Source of the DNA: Chthoniobacterales bacterium
GTDB lineage: Bacteria; Verrucomicrobiota; Verrucomicrobiia; Chthoniobacterales; Chthoniobacteraceae
Assembly (NCBI GenBank): GCA_038207335.1
Contig: JBBQZX010000025.1
Span: 25,772-89,771 of the forward strand
DNA: 64,000 bases
Reading direction: 5' to 3'
Below are positions 52,806-62,654 of the stretch, one piece after another. How positions within the stretch are numbered: the stretch's first letter is position 1; the number at the start of each line of letters is the position of its first letter. The notes beneath the pieces are model-generated. The model was not told the origin of the DNA and did not search any database. It saw only the letters and a program-made list of their open reading frames with translations. The translations under genes were made by a program, and so were the position numbers.

Positions 52806-55022
52806 ATGGATTTCCAGCTCGCCTCCAACTACCAGCCGAAGGGCGATCAGGCGCAGGCGATCGCGAAGCTCACGAAGTCGGTGGAGGCAGGGAATCGACA
52901 CCAGACGTTGCTCGGCGTGACGGGGTCGGGGAAGACCTTCACTGCCGCGAATGTGATCCGGAACATCGGCCGCCCGACGCTCGTCATTTCCCACAACAAG
53001 ACGCTCGCGGCGCAACTCTTCAGCGAGTTCAAGCAGTTCTTCCCGCAGAATGCGGTGGAGTACTTCGTGAGCTACTTCGACTACTATCAGCCCGAGGCCT
53101 ACATCCCGAGGAGCGATACCTACATCGAGAAGGATTCGAGCATAAACGAAGAGATCGAACGGCTGCGGCTCTCGACGACTTCCGCCCTGCTCTCGCGGCG
53201 CGATGTGATCGTCATCGCGAGCGTCTCGTGCATCTACGGACTCGGCTCGCCGGAGGACTACATGAACATGCTGCTGACCGTGAAAGTCGGTCAGCAGATC
53301 ACGCGGGAGGCGGCGCTGGGCAAGCTCGTGGACATGCTCTACGAGCGGAACGACATCGCTTTCACGCGGGGGAAATTTCGCGTCCGCGGCGACGTGATCG
53401 AGGTGCAGCCGGCGAACCTCGACGAAGAGGGCATCCGCATCGAGTTCTTCGGCGACGAGGTGGAGAAAATCACGCGCTTCAACCCGCTGACGGGTCACTC
53501 GATCGATCAGCTCACGATGATCACGCTGTATCCGGCGAAGCAGTTTGTGACGCCCGCGGACAAGCTGCGGACGGCGATGGGGACGATCCGGGAGGAGCTG
53601 GACCAGCGCATAGTGGAGTTTGAGAAAGTGGGGAAGCTGCTCGAGGCGCAGCGCATCAAGATGCGGACGGAATACGATCTCGAGATGATGCAGGAGATGG
53701 GATTTTGCAATGGCATCGAGAACTACTCGCGACACCTCAGCGGGCGCCCGGCGGGCTCGCGCCCGTTCACGTTGCTCGACTTTTTCCCGCGCGATTTCCT
53801 GATGATCGTCGATGAGTCGCACGCCTCGATCCCGCAAATCGGAGGGATGTACGAAGGCGACCGTTCGCGGAAGACGACGCTGGTGGAGTACGGATTCCGG
53901 CTGCCAAGTGCGCTGGACAACCGGCCGCTGCGGTTCCCGGAATTCATGGAGATGACCGGACAGGCGATCTACGTCAGCGCGACGCCGGCGGAGTTTGAGA
54001 TCAAGAATTCGGTGGTCGGAAATGCCACCTACATCCCGCATTCGCGGACGCAAATCGGGACGGATGAGCCGGTGCCATTTGTGACCGCTGGCGAGAGTGC
54101 CGCCGACCGGAGAGCAAGGACTGAAGCCACTTTGCGCGTCTCGCGGACGGATGCTCCGGTGGAAGAATTCGACGTGCGAACGGCGGGCTCGCCGCTGATC
54201 GTGGAGCAGATCATCCGACCGACGGGATTGCTCGACCCAAAGGTGTCGGTGCGACCTTTGAAGAACCAAATCGACGACACGATGGAGCTGTGCCGCCAGC
54301 GGATCGAACTGAACGAGCGAGTGCTGATCACGACGCTGACGAAGCGGACGGCGGAGGATCTTGCCGACTACCTGAAGGACTCGGGGCTGAAGGTGCGATA
54401 CCTGCACAGCGACATCGACACGATCGAACGGGTGGAGATTTTGCGCGCGCTGCGGGCGGCGGAGTTCGACGTGCTCGTCGGGATCAATCTGCTGCGCGAA
54501 GGGCTCGACCTGCCGGAGGTGTCGCTGGTCTGCATCCTCGATGCGGACAAGGAAGGCTACCTGCGGTCGCAGACTTCGCTGATCCAGACGGCGGGACGCG
54601 CGGCGCGGCATGTGAACGGCGAGGTGGTGCTTTTCGCCGACACCGTCACGCGCAGCATGGAGGCGCTGATGTCGATCAGCGACTACCGGCGGACGAAGCA
54701 GATGGAATACAACGAGCGGCACGGAATCACGCCGACGAGCGTGAAGCGCGCGGTGCAGGCGAGCCTCCACACGATGCTGAAATCACGGGAGGCCGCGTCG
54801 AGCGTGGTGCGCGAAGATGCCGGCAACTACAGCATCGGCGAGGTGCTCCGCGAACTGGAAGCCGAGATGATGGAGGCGTCAGGCAACCTCGAATACGAGC
54901 GCGCGGCGCTGCTCCGCGACCAAATCCTCGAGCTGAAAGTGGGGACCGGCATTTCCAAAATCGAGCCCAAGCAGCGCCCGGTGAAATACGGCTCCGGCAA
55001 GCGCACCAAGGCGCGGGCGTGA
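52806..55022 (+). CDS. uvrB: Excinuclease ABC subunit B
   Basis: LLGVTGSGKTFT, YFVSYFDYYQPEAY, DESH, GINLLREGLDLPEV, GRAARH and a C-terminal UVR domain. Confidence 0.98.
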   Translation: MDFQLASNYQPKGDQAQAIAKLTKSVEAGNRHQTLLGVTGSGKTFTAANVIRNIGRPTLVISHNKTLAAQLFSEFKQFFPQNAVEYFVSYFDYYQPEAYIPRSDTYIEKDSSINEEIERLRLSTTSALLSRRDVIVIASVSCIYGLGSPEDYMNMLLTVKVGQQITREAALGKLVDMLYERNDIAFTRGKFRVRGDVIEVQPANLDEEGIRIEFFGDEVEKITRFNPLTGHSIDQLTMITLYPAKQFVTPADKLRTAMGTIREELDQRIVEFEKVGKLLEAQRIKMRTEYDLEMMQEMGFCNGIENYSRHLSGRPAGSRPFTLLDFFPRDFLMIVDESHASIPQIGGMYEGDRSRKTTLVEYGFRLPSALDNRPLRFPEFMEMTGQAIYVSATPAEFEIKNSVVGNATYIPHSRTQIGTDEPVPFVTAGESAADRRARTEATLRVSRTDAPVEEFDVRTAGSPLIVEQIIRPTGLLDPKVSVRPLKNQIDDTMELCRQRIELNERVLITTLTKRTAEDLADYLKDSGLKVRYLHSDIDTIERVEILRALRAAEFDVLVGINLLREGLDLPEVSLVCILDADKEGYLRSQTSLIQTAGRAARHVNGEVVLFADTVTRSMEALMSISDYRRTKQMEYNERHGITPTSVKRAVQASLHTMLKSREAASSVVREDAGNYSIGEVLRELEAEMMEASGNLEYERAALLRDQILELKVGTGISKIEPKQRPVKYGSGKRTKARA

Positions 55023-55070
55023 CTTTGAAAAAGCTCCCCCCGTTCGTGCTCGCGACTTAGATACAGCGGA

Positions 55071-55964
55071 ATGAAGTTTCGCATTCTCGCCTTGGTTTTG
55101 CTCGCGGTGTCGGCTTCGGCGCAGGAGGGGAATGTCGATCTCGGGAATTTTAAGAGCGTCGATTTCAGGCAACTCTCGGACACCACGCTCGCGCCGCTCG
55201 GGCAGGCGGCTTTGCAGATTCGCCCGACGGAGTGGAAGCACGCGGAGTCGGCGCATTTCATCTATCACTTCTTTCACGATTTCATCGCGGCGCCAGTCTC
55301 GACGGAGGCTGAATTTTACTACCGCGTCGTCTCGACAGAGCTGCAAAAAGACACGGCGCAGTGGGAGCGCAAATGCCACATCTACATCTTCGAGAAGCCG
55401 GAGGATTGGGCCGCATTCCAGACGCGCGGCGCGCTCGATCCGTGGACCGGCGGACTGCACGCTGCGGGCGAACTTTTCATCCAGCGCAACCCGGAAAACA
55501 AATTCAAGGGACGCGCGCTCGGGCACGAAATCGCGCATCTCGTGATCTTCCGGTTTTTCGGAAATGGCGTGCCACTGTGGCTGAATGAGGGCTACGCGGA
55601 ATACTCGTCGGAGCGCGGCTACGCGGCGTTTGCCCGGGCGCGCGGATACAACGCTAGCCCGCTCGCGCGCGGGCTGACGGATGCGCAAGTCATCCCACTC
55701 GCGCAGCTCACGAGCGCGGTCTCGTATCCGCAGGATTCCGCGCAGGTCGGCCCGTTTTATTCGGAATCCGAGCGGCTCGTCAGATTTCTAAGCGGCGTGG
55801 ACAAGGGCGGCTTCCTGTCTTTTTTGCAGGGCATGGCGAGTGGCAACCGCTTCGACAGCGCGCTCAGCCGCGGCTTCGGCGCGAGGTTTTCAAACTTGGA
55901 GATGCTCGAGCGCGACTTTAAGGCATACCTTTCCAAAGACCGTGAAAACTCCCCTCAAAAGTAA
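55071..55964 (+). CDS. Exported gluzincin-like (peptidase MA) protein
   Basis: Signal peptide, GHEIAH and downstream PLWLNEGYAEY. Confidence 0.72.
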   Translation: MKFRILALVLLAVSASAQEGNVDLGNFKSVDFRQLSDTTLAPLGQAALQIRPTEWKHAESAHFIYHFFHDFIAAPVSTEAEFYYRVVSTELQKDTAQWERKCHIYIFEKPEDWAAFQTRGALDPWTGGLHAAGELFIQRNPENKFKGRALGHEIAHLVIFRFFGNGVPLWLNEGYAEYSSERGYAAFARARGYNASPLARGLTDAQVIPLAQLTSAVSYPQDSAQVGPFYSESERLVRFLSGVDKGGFLSFLQGMASGNRFDSALSRGFGARFSNLEMLERDFKAYLSKDRENSPQK

Positions 55965-55968
55965 CCCG

Positions 55969-56913
55969 ATGCTCCGCGGAGCCGCCATTTTACTAGCCTC
56001 GCAGACGATTGCGATTTTCGCGCACGCGCAGACGGCGACGCCGAAACCGTTCTGGAACACGGGGCCCGGCTCGACGACGACGAATGCCGCGCCGTCGCGC
56101 GAGGTGCCGCTCGTGGAGAAGAAAGTCGAGGCGCTGTCGAATCAGGAGTTGAGCAACGAAGGGAAGAAGGCGCTGAGCATCAACCCCGAAAAGTGGAAAC
56201 ACGCGGAGACGGATAATTTCATCCTGCACTACCGGCGCGCGACCGAGGCGCAGAAAGTGGCGCGCGAGGTGGAGTATGATTTGTGGTTCGTGGCGACGAC
56301 GCTCGGCGCGGGGAAGGACCGATATTCGAAGAAGTCGCACGTCTATGTTTTCGAGGATGGCGACGAGTGGACGCAGTTCCTGAGCCTCATCAATTTTCCC
56401 GAGAAATGGGCAGCGAGTTTTGCCGCGGGCGATGACCTTTATCTCAATGTGCGCGGCAGCGGGAACACGGCAGGCGGCGGAAATTTCGACTCGCATACGC
56501 TCGCGCACGAGACGACGCACGCGGTGGTCGCGCGGCTGTATCCCCGGCAGCGCTGGCCGGTGTGGCTGAATGAGGGCTTCGCGGAATACATGGGTGGGGC
56601 GAGCATCGCGGCGCGCAAGGGGCAATCGGGCAAGCGGTTCGAACGGAATCTTTCGCACGCGGAGATGTCGCTGGACACACTCGCGAGCCTCACGAGCTAC
56701 CCGACGCGGACCGAGGAAATCACGCAGCTCTACCAGACGTCCGAGAAATTCGTGCGCTTCCTGATGACCGAACTGCCGAAGGATCGGATCGTGAAATACA
56801 TCGAGACGGTCGTCGGCGGCACCGGGCTGAAACCGGCGGTGCTGGAGGTGTATGCGGACAAATTCAAGGACTGGGACGCGTTCATGAAACGCTACGAGCG
56901 TTTCTCAAAATAA
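55969..56913 (+). CDS. Exported gluzincin-like (peptidase MA) protein, paralog of the upstream gene
   Basis: Signal peptide, AHETTH, PVWLNEGFAEY. Shares WKHAE..FI with its neighbour. Confidence 0.72.
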   Translation: MLRGAAILLASQTIAIFAHAQTATPKPFWNTGPGSTTTNAAPSREVPLVEKKVEALSNQELSNEGKKALSINPEKWKHAETDNFILHYRRATEAQKVAREVEYDLWFVATTLGAGKDRYSKKSHVYVFEDGDEWTQFLSLINFPEKWAASFAAGDDLYLNVRGSGNTAGGGNFDSHTLAHETTHAVVARLYPRQRWPVWLNEGFAEYMGGASIAARKGQSGKRFERNLSHAEMSLDTLASLTSYPTRTEEITQLYQTSEKFVRFLMTELPKDRIVKYIETVVGGTGLKPAVLEVYADKFKDWDAFMKRYERFSK

Positions 56914-58028
56914 TGCCCGCGGCGAAGACGAGCGCGGCCACGCAAATCCACTCGGTGCTCGGCTCCGACGAGTCGGAGGTGAAGCGCGCGGCGCTGGAGT
57001 TGGCGGGGAAAATGTCACCTGGCGGGGATTTCGGCACGGACCTGATCGACGGCTGCGTGGACACAGTGGATGCCGCCTCGACGAAGATCCATGAGACGAT
57101 CGAGGCGCTGCTCACGTTCCCATTTTTCGGAGGTGAAAAGCTCGTCTGGCTGAAGAATGTGACCTTCCTCGCGGACACCGTCACCGGCCGCTCGCCGACC
57201 GTCATCGAAGCGCTGGAAAAGCTCGCCGCCACGCTGACCGCAGGCCTGCCAGATGGCATCCGCTTTCTCCTCAGCGCACTGGAGGTGGACAAGCGCCGCA
57301 GCTTTTACAAGACGCTGCAGAAGCTCGGGAAGGTCGCCGTTTTCGACAAGATCGACACCAGCAAATCCGGCTGGGAGGAAGACGCTGCGGCGCTCGCCCG
57401 CCGCACCGCCGACGATCGCGCGCTGCGCTTCGACGGCGAGGCGCTGGAGCTCTTCGCGCTCTTTACCGGCGGCGACCGGCGCATCGTGGAAAACGAGATC
57501 GAAAAGCTCGACCTCTACCTTGGCCGCGCGCGCCGCGAAATCACCGCCGACGACGTGCGCCTGCTCGTGCCGTTGAGCCGAGCGGGCATCATCTTCGAAC
57601 TCGGCAATGCCCTCGCCGCGCGCCAGCTCCGGCGCTGCCTCGCGCTGCTCGACCAGCTCCTTTTTCAGGGCGAATCCGCCATCGGCATCCTGCTCGTCGC
57701 GATCATCCCGACCGTGCGGAATCTCCTCATCGCGAAAGACCTCATCGTCCGGCACAAGCTCGGCCGACCCGCGCAGCCGTTCACTTTCGGCAAAAGTCTC
57801 GAGCGCCTCGGAGCCGAAGCCGTCGCCCATCTGCCGCGCAAAAAAGACGGCACGGTGAATTTTTTCTCCCTCGGCATCGCCGCCGTGCAGGCCCACCGCT
57901 ACACCGCCGCCGAACTCCGCACCTCGCTGGAAGCGTGTCTCGACGCCAATGTCCGCCTCGTCACCTCCGGCCTCGAACCGAAGGTGGTCCTGAGCCAATT
58001 GATCGCAAAAGTGACCGCTGCAGAGTAA
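56913..58028 (+). CDS. holA: DNA polymerase III delta subunit
   Basis: LLTFPFFGGEKLVWL, DKRRSFYK, ENEIEKLDLY, IFELGNAL. Confidence 0.9.
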   Translation: MPAAKTSAATQIHSVLGSDESEVKRAALELAGKMSPGGDFGTDLIDGCVDTVDAASTKIHETIEALLTFPFFGGEKLVWLKNVTFLADTVTGRSPTVIEALEKLAATLTAGLPDGIRFLLSALEVDKRRSFYKTLQKLGKVAVFDKIDTSKSGWEEDAAALARRTADDRALRFDGEALELFALFTGGDRRIVENEIEKLDLYLGRARREITADDVRLLVPLSRAGIIFELGNALAARQLRRCLALLDQLLFQGESAIGILLVAIIPTVRNLLIAKDLIVRHKLGRPAQPFTFGKSLERLGAEAVAHLPRKKDGTVNFFSLGIAAVQAHRYTAAELRTSLEACLDANVRLVTSGLEPKVVLSQLIAKVTAAE

Positions 58029-58171
58029 GTAGCGGAACTACTTACCAGATACCGATCATCAGTTTCGCCCAATTCGCGACTTTTGTTAATATTTTCACAT
58101 TTTCTTGTTGCGCGCGATTCTGGCGCAGCGTATCTCATTCGCAGCTTTAGAAGATTGTTCTGGGGGGAACA

Positions 58172-58215
58172 GCAGCCCTTCGCAGCCATTCGGTTGCGGG
58201 GGGCTGCATTTTTTT
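58172..58215 (+). terminator. Strong intrinsic terminator
   Basis: 16-bp stem (58172-58187/58192-58207, three G-U pairs), ATTC loop, then ATTTTTTT. Confidence 0.85.
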
Positions 58216-58248
58216 GCCCCATCCCGTGAATCCAACCCATCCCGCCGG

Positions 58249-58998
58249 ATGATCCCCAGTTTCACCCCCGGCCAGTGGCTCCTAGCCGTCCTCGCCGCCT
58301 TTTGCGTCGGCTTCTCGAAAAGCGGCTTTTCCGGTGTCGGCCTCCTCACTGTCATCATCATGGCGCGGCTTTTCCCCCCGCGGGAATCCACCGGCGTCCT
58401 CCTCCCGCTCCTCGTCACGGGCGACATCCTCTCCGTCATCGTCTTCCACCAGCACGCGCGCTGGGCGCACATCTGGCGGATGCTCCCGCCGACCGTCGTC
58501 GGGATTGTCGCGGGATACTTCCTCATGCAGCACATTTCCGCCGCGGCATTCGGCCCCGTCATCGGCGGCATCGTTCTGCTCATGGTCGTCATGCAGGCCA
58601 TCCGCATGCGCTCGGCGAACGTCGAATCGCGGCTCCCGCACACCCGCTGGTTTGGGTGGCTCATGGGCGCGTGGGCGGGCGTCGCCACCATGCTCGCAAA
58701 TGCCGCCGGCCCGATCATGGCGCTCTACTTTCTCTCCATCGCCGTGCCGAAGTACGAACTCCTTGGCACCAGCGCGTGGTTCTTCCTCATCGTCAACGTC
58801 TTCAAAATCCCATTCAGCGCACACCTCGGCCTCATCACCGGCGGCTCGCTCATGTTCAACCTCCTTCTCATCCCCGCAGTCGCCGTGGGCATCTTCTCGG
58901 GCCGCCACCTCATCCGCCACATCCCGCAAAAACTCTTCGAGCGTCTCCTCCTCGTCTTCGCCGCAGTGGCGGCATTGCGACTCATCGGCGTGTTTTGA
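58249..58998 (+). CDS. TauE/SafE (sulfite exporter) family membrane protein
   Basis: GFSKSGFSGVG, STGVLLPLL..GD, TMLANAAGP and multiple TM helices. Confidence 0.85.
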   Translation: MIPSFTPGQWLLAVLAAFCVGFSKSGFSGVGLLTVIIMARLFPPRESTGVLLPLLVTGDILSVIVFHQHARWAHIWRMLPPTVVGIVAGYFLMQHISAAAFGPVIGGIVLLMVVMQAIRMRSANVESRLPHTRWFGWLMGAWAGVATMLANAAGPIMALYFLSIAVPKYELLGTSAWFFLIVNVFKIPFSAHLGLITGGSLMFNLLLIPAVAVGIFSGRHLIRHIPQKLFERLLLVFAAVAALRLIGVF

Positions 58999-59112
58999 AA
59001 ATCACGCCGATGTGCGGTCGGAAAATCATCCTCGTCCTAGTCCTCGAAAATCAGGATTAACAGAGCGAGGACGAGCGCCCTCAGCCATTAGCCATCAGCC
59101 ATCCCCACACCA

Positions 59113-59523
59113 ATGCTTCTCAAATTTCTCGCAAAATACCGCGACACTGGCCTGCTCATCATGCGCATTGGGCTGGGTGTCATCTTCATCATCCACGGCC
59201 TTCCAAAACTCGCGGGCGGCGTGAAGACCTGGACCTCAGTCGGCGCCGCAATGGGGCATGTCGGCATCCATCAATGGCCGGCATTTTGGGGCTTCATCGC
59301 TGCCTGCACCGAAGGCATCGGCGGCGTCCTCCTGATCCTCGGCGCATTCTACCGACCCATCTGCCTCATGCTCACCTTCATGATGATCGTCGCCACGCTC
59401 ACCCTCCGCAGCAACTCCGCCACTGACGACTTTAAGACGTACTCCCATCCGCTCAAAATGGTCGTCGTCTTCCTCGGCCTCGCCCTCGTCGGCCCCGGTC
59501 GCTTCTCCATCGACAAAGATTGA
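59113..59523 (+). CDS. DoxX family membrane protein
   Basis: GLLIMRIGLG...HGLPKL, E..GG.LLILG, GPGRFSID. Confidence 0.88.
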   Translation: MLLKFLAKYRDTGLLIMRIGLGVIFIIHGLPKLAGGVKTWTSVGAAMGHVGIHQWPAFWGFIAACTEGIGGVLLILGAFYRPICLMLTFMMIVATLTLRSNSATDDFKTYSHPLKMVVVFLGLALVGPGRFSIDKD

Positions 59524-59574
59524 AAAATTCTGCTTGCACCCGCCGCCGCGTCGGCTAATCTCCGAATCCTAAAT

Positions 59575-59651
<77 letters not shown>

Positions 59652-59712
59652 TTTTCAAAATCTTGCAAGTGGCTGATTTTGTGGAACACGACCCGCGAAA
59701 CCGGTGTGCTGA

Positions 59713-60009
59713 GAAATCGGGGCGGCGTGTGCTCAGACCGGCCACCGCAAGCTCCAGATCGGCCACGGAAGCACCGGGGATTTCATCAATAACACGACGG
59801 ACTTCGGCCTCCGTCTTTTCAACAACAACACCCTCCGGCTCGACCTCGGAACCGCCGACACGAACGTGAACCTGTTCGTCCTCCGATTCGACCTTTCGAG
59901 CGTGGCCAATGCTGATTCCGTCACCATTTGGCGCATTCCGAACCTCGGCGGCGCGGAACCGATGGCGAACAGCGGAGTCCTTACCGGGTTCGACCACGTT
60001 TCTCGATGA
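59713..60009 (+). pseudogene. Start-less fragment of an exported beta-sandwich protein
   Basis: Open frame between stops with coding-like codon use: KLQIGHGSTGDF...NLFVLRFDLSSVANADSVTIWRIPNLGGAEP. Confidence 0.5.
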
Positions 60010-60038
60010 CGCCAAACGGCGAAGTTGAGACCAATTCC

Positions 60039-61598
60039 CTATTTTACCGGAAAGTCCCAGACCCAGTCTCCGACATACTTTGCATTGTGGAACCTCGTGT
60101 TCGCGGGGCGCTTTTTGTCGAGCACGCGCTTGCCGCCGTCGTCCGTGCCGTCAAAGCCCACGCTCCAGAGGGCGTATCGACCGTCGGCGGTTTTGCGGTA
60201 GCCGACGGGTTTGCCATTCATCAAATCGAGCGGGAGCGGCTGCCCATCAGCCAGCTTCACGGCTTCGAGCGAGTCGGGATAGTTTCCATGCTCGATGCGA
60301 TAGCGCTCCAGCGCGCAGGCGATGACGGTCTCGTCGATGAGTGCCTGAGAGCAGGCAGCACGATAGGTGACGTTTGAGAGAGTGGGATCGAAGATCGCGA
60401 TCCTGAGCCATGAAGGCTGGGTCCATGTGTCCGGTTTCATTCCCACGATCTCGTTCTCGAAATCCTTTGCTCCCTGAAAAGCCGCCGCCCAGCCTCGATC
60501 CCGGAGGGGCCGGATCATCTTTTGGAATTCACGATCGGCGATCACAGCAGTGCTGGCGTCGAAGAAGCCTGAAGGCACCGCGCGGCTGAGATTTGCATAG
60601 GTGTCGTTTTCGCCGCCCTTCATTAGGAAAGCTGCAGCGACCTCGCTGCGCATGGCCTTCAGCGACTGCAAGGCGTTCACGGAAAAGGCCAACTCGCTGC
60701 GGTGGGCCAGCAACAGCGCGCGATGGAAATTGAGTTGCATGAGCGCGGCTTCCAAGCGTGCGAAATCCCGTGCCGTCCCGATGTGTCCCGCGCAAAGCTC
60801 CCACGTTACCCCGGACAGCACGTCAGCGTCCGCAGCAGCCACCATCAGGCCAATGAGAAAAGGTTCGTTCAGATTCGCCTCGGCGAAGCGCGCGAGAATC
60901 TGCGCGGTCTCGTGCGCTCTCCCACCATTGTCGGCGCGGGCAGCGGCGATGGCTTCCAGACTCAGCGTCTGGCTCAAGGCTCTTTCAACCGAGTAATGTG
61001 GTAGGAGGATGGAAATTAGGATCGGCGGCAGTTCGCGCGTCTTCCATTCGGGCGTCCATTGGGCGCTCGGACGATCGAGTCCAGCGGCGAGTTCCCGGAA
61101 AACGGCATCGTGTTTCGACAGCGCGGCGAGGACATCGCGGGCGGGGTCACCTGAATCCGCGGGCATCGGCAGTGAGCCTTCCTTGCGCAGCCAGTCGGCC
61201 CATGCCTGCATGTCCGCAGGCATGCCGAGCGCTGCGCTGGAAAAATTCGGTCGCGGTGCGGCTTTGTTTCCCAATGGCAATTTGACGGCATCGAGCCGCG
61301 CGCGCTTTTCCGCAGGTGCGCCCTTGCTCACGTCGCCGTCCACCGCCAGCGCGATATCCTTCAGCAGCGGAATCGCGCAGAAATTCTCCGCCTCCGGCAC
61401 CGGTTCCCGCGCCACCTCGCGGAAGTCTAGGGTCTCGCCCTCCGCCTTCAACATCGCCTGCACCTCGCGCCACTGTCGCGCGCCGCTCCAGTTCACCCAG
61501 GCGCAGAACAGCACGCAAAGTGTGACGATGGTGATCGCGCTCCACGCGAGGGCGCGAACCCAGCGGAGCTGCCAGCAGCCTTTGAAGAAGTTCATCAT
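60039..61598 (-). CDS. Membrane-anchored protein with pseudopilin-like C-terminal motif, in ECF sigma operon
   Basis: N-terminal TM and C-terminal IACALERYRIEHGNYPDSL...PLDLMNG...YALWSVGFDGTDDGG. Confidence 0.7.
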   Translation of the reverse strand: MMNFFKGCWQLRWVRALAWSAITIVTLCVLFCAWVNWSGARQWREVQAMLKAEGETLDFREVAREPVPEAENFCAIPLLKDIALAVDGDVSKGAPAEKRARLDAVKLPLGNKAAPRPNFSSAALGMPADMQAWADWLRKEGSLPMPADSGDPARDVLAALSKHDAVFRELAAGLDRPSAQWTPEWKTRELPPILISILLPHYSVERALSQTLSLEAIAAARADNGGRAHETAQILARFAEANLNEPFLIGLMVAAADADVLSGVTWELCAGHIGTARDFARLEAALMQLNFHRALLLAHRSELAFSVNALQSLKAMRSEVAAAFLMKGGENDTYANLSRAVPSGFFDASTAVIADREFQKMIRPLRDRGWAAAFQGAKDFENEIVGMKPDTWTQPSWLRIAIFDPTLSNVTYRAACSQALIDETVIACALERYRIEHGNYPDSLEAVKLADGQPLPLDLMNGKPVGYRKTADGRYALWSVGFDGTDDGGKRVLDKKRPANTRFHNAKYVGDWVWDFPVK

Positions 61599-61936
61599 GG
61601 GAGATCGAGATTGCGGTTCATGTTTCGTTGAAGTGCGAGCAGGGATTGCGGCGATGCGTTGAGCTCCGTGGACGGCGCAGGCGCAGTCGCGATACCGCGC
61701 GTGGCCGGCGGCGCGGAATCCCTCGGCGCGGTGAGATTCAGCGCGAAAATCGCAGCCCATGCGGTAGCCCACGAAAGCGCGAGCCAGCGCGGAGGAAGCG
61801 CCCTTTTGATCGGGATCGCCTCCGCCTCGCGGCGCGCACGGGCGAGGATGTCGGCCTTCCACGCCGGAGTCGGATCGGGCCGATGGAGCGCGCGGGTCAG
61901 CGCACGCAGTTTCATTTCGAATTCGTCGTCATTCAT
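61595..61936 (-). CDS. Putative single-TM anti-sigma factor
   Basis: 113 aa with one hydrophobic helix (WLALSWATAWAAIFAL). Overlaps both neighbours by 4 nt. Confidence 0.65.
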   Translation of the reverse strand: MNDDEFEMKLRALTRALHRPDPTPAWKADILARARREAEAIPIKRALPPRWLALSWATAWAAIFALNLTAPRDSAPPATRGIATAPAPSTELNASPQSLLALQRNMNRNLDLP

Positions 61937-62436
61937 CGCATTTCGTCGTAGAGCGGGCGCAGCAGCGTCCGCAGTTTCTCGAGCGCATAGCGGCAGCGGC
62001 TCGCCGCCGTGTTCAGCGGGATGCCCTGCGCCTCCGCGATTTCCTCGAAGGTAAGCCCGTCCCACAGCTTGAGCTGCACGACGGTCCGCTGCTCATCCGG
62101 CAGAGTCTTCATCGCGTCGGCAAATCTCCGCGCGAGCAGTTCCGCATCCGGATTCGCGCCGTGCCGCACGTCCTCATCGAGATGCTGAATCAGGCGCTCT
62201 TCGGAATCCCATCGCACCCTCCGCCGTCGCAGCCAGTCGATGGCGAGATTGTGCGCGAGCCGGTAGAGGAATGCCTTTTCACTCTGCATGTCCGTCCCTG
62301 CACCGCGCGCGAGCCGGATGAAGACCTCCTGCAGCAAGTCGCGCGCATCCGCCTCGGTCTTTGTGAACGTGACCAGATAATGGAAAAGCCCCGACGCGTG
62401 CGCGTCGTAGAGGCGTTCCAGTTCGTGGTCGTTCAT
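61933..62436 (-). CDS. ECF RNA polymerase sigma factor
   Basis: DLLQEVFIRL, LYRLAHNLAIDWLR, LPDEQR...LTFEEIAE...NTAASR. Confidence 0.93.
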   Translation of the reverse strand: MNDHELERLYDAHASGLFHYLVTFTKTEADARDLLQEVFIRLARGAGTDMQSEKAFLYRLAHNLAIDWLRRRRVRWDSEERLIQHLDEDVRHGANPDAELLARRFADAMKTLPDEQRTVVQLKLWDGLTFEEIAEAQGIPLNTAASRCRYALEKLRTLLRPLYDEMR

Positions 62437-62654
62437 GGTGGTTTATAGGATGCTGCGGGTTCAGTTGCTCGGACAAGACGCACGACGCCCGCCTTTTCGT
62501 CTAAAGCCCTTTTGGAAGCTCCAATGCCGAACTGAAAAACAGCCTTTGACACTCCCAAGCCGACACATCGCACCACAATAGAAAGGCCGCTGCGCTCGCC
62601 GAGGTTCTTGCTACCACGGCTTTCGAGATGGGAACGGCGGGCTAGACAGAGTGG

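Noticed and set aside
54012..54195. Intein in UvrB
   Set aside because: Too short, and it lacks the C-terminal His-Asn splice motif.
52767..54770. 667-aa - strand ORF
   Set aside because: Antisense shadow of uvrB.
58105..58216. SAM riboswitch upstream of the TauE gene
   Set aside because: It lacks the SAM-I (AUC.AGAG...GCAACC) and SAM-II consensus elements.
59020..59105. CTCGTCCT...AGGACGAG palindrome and (AGCCAT(T/C)) heptamers
   Set aside because: Short intergenic repeats without evidence of a distinct function.
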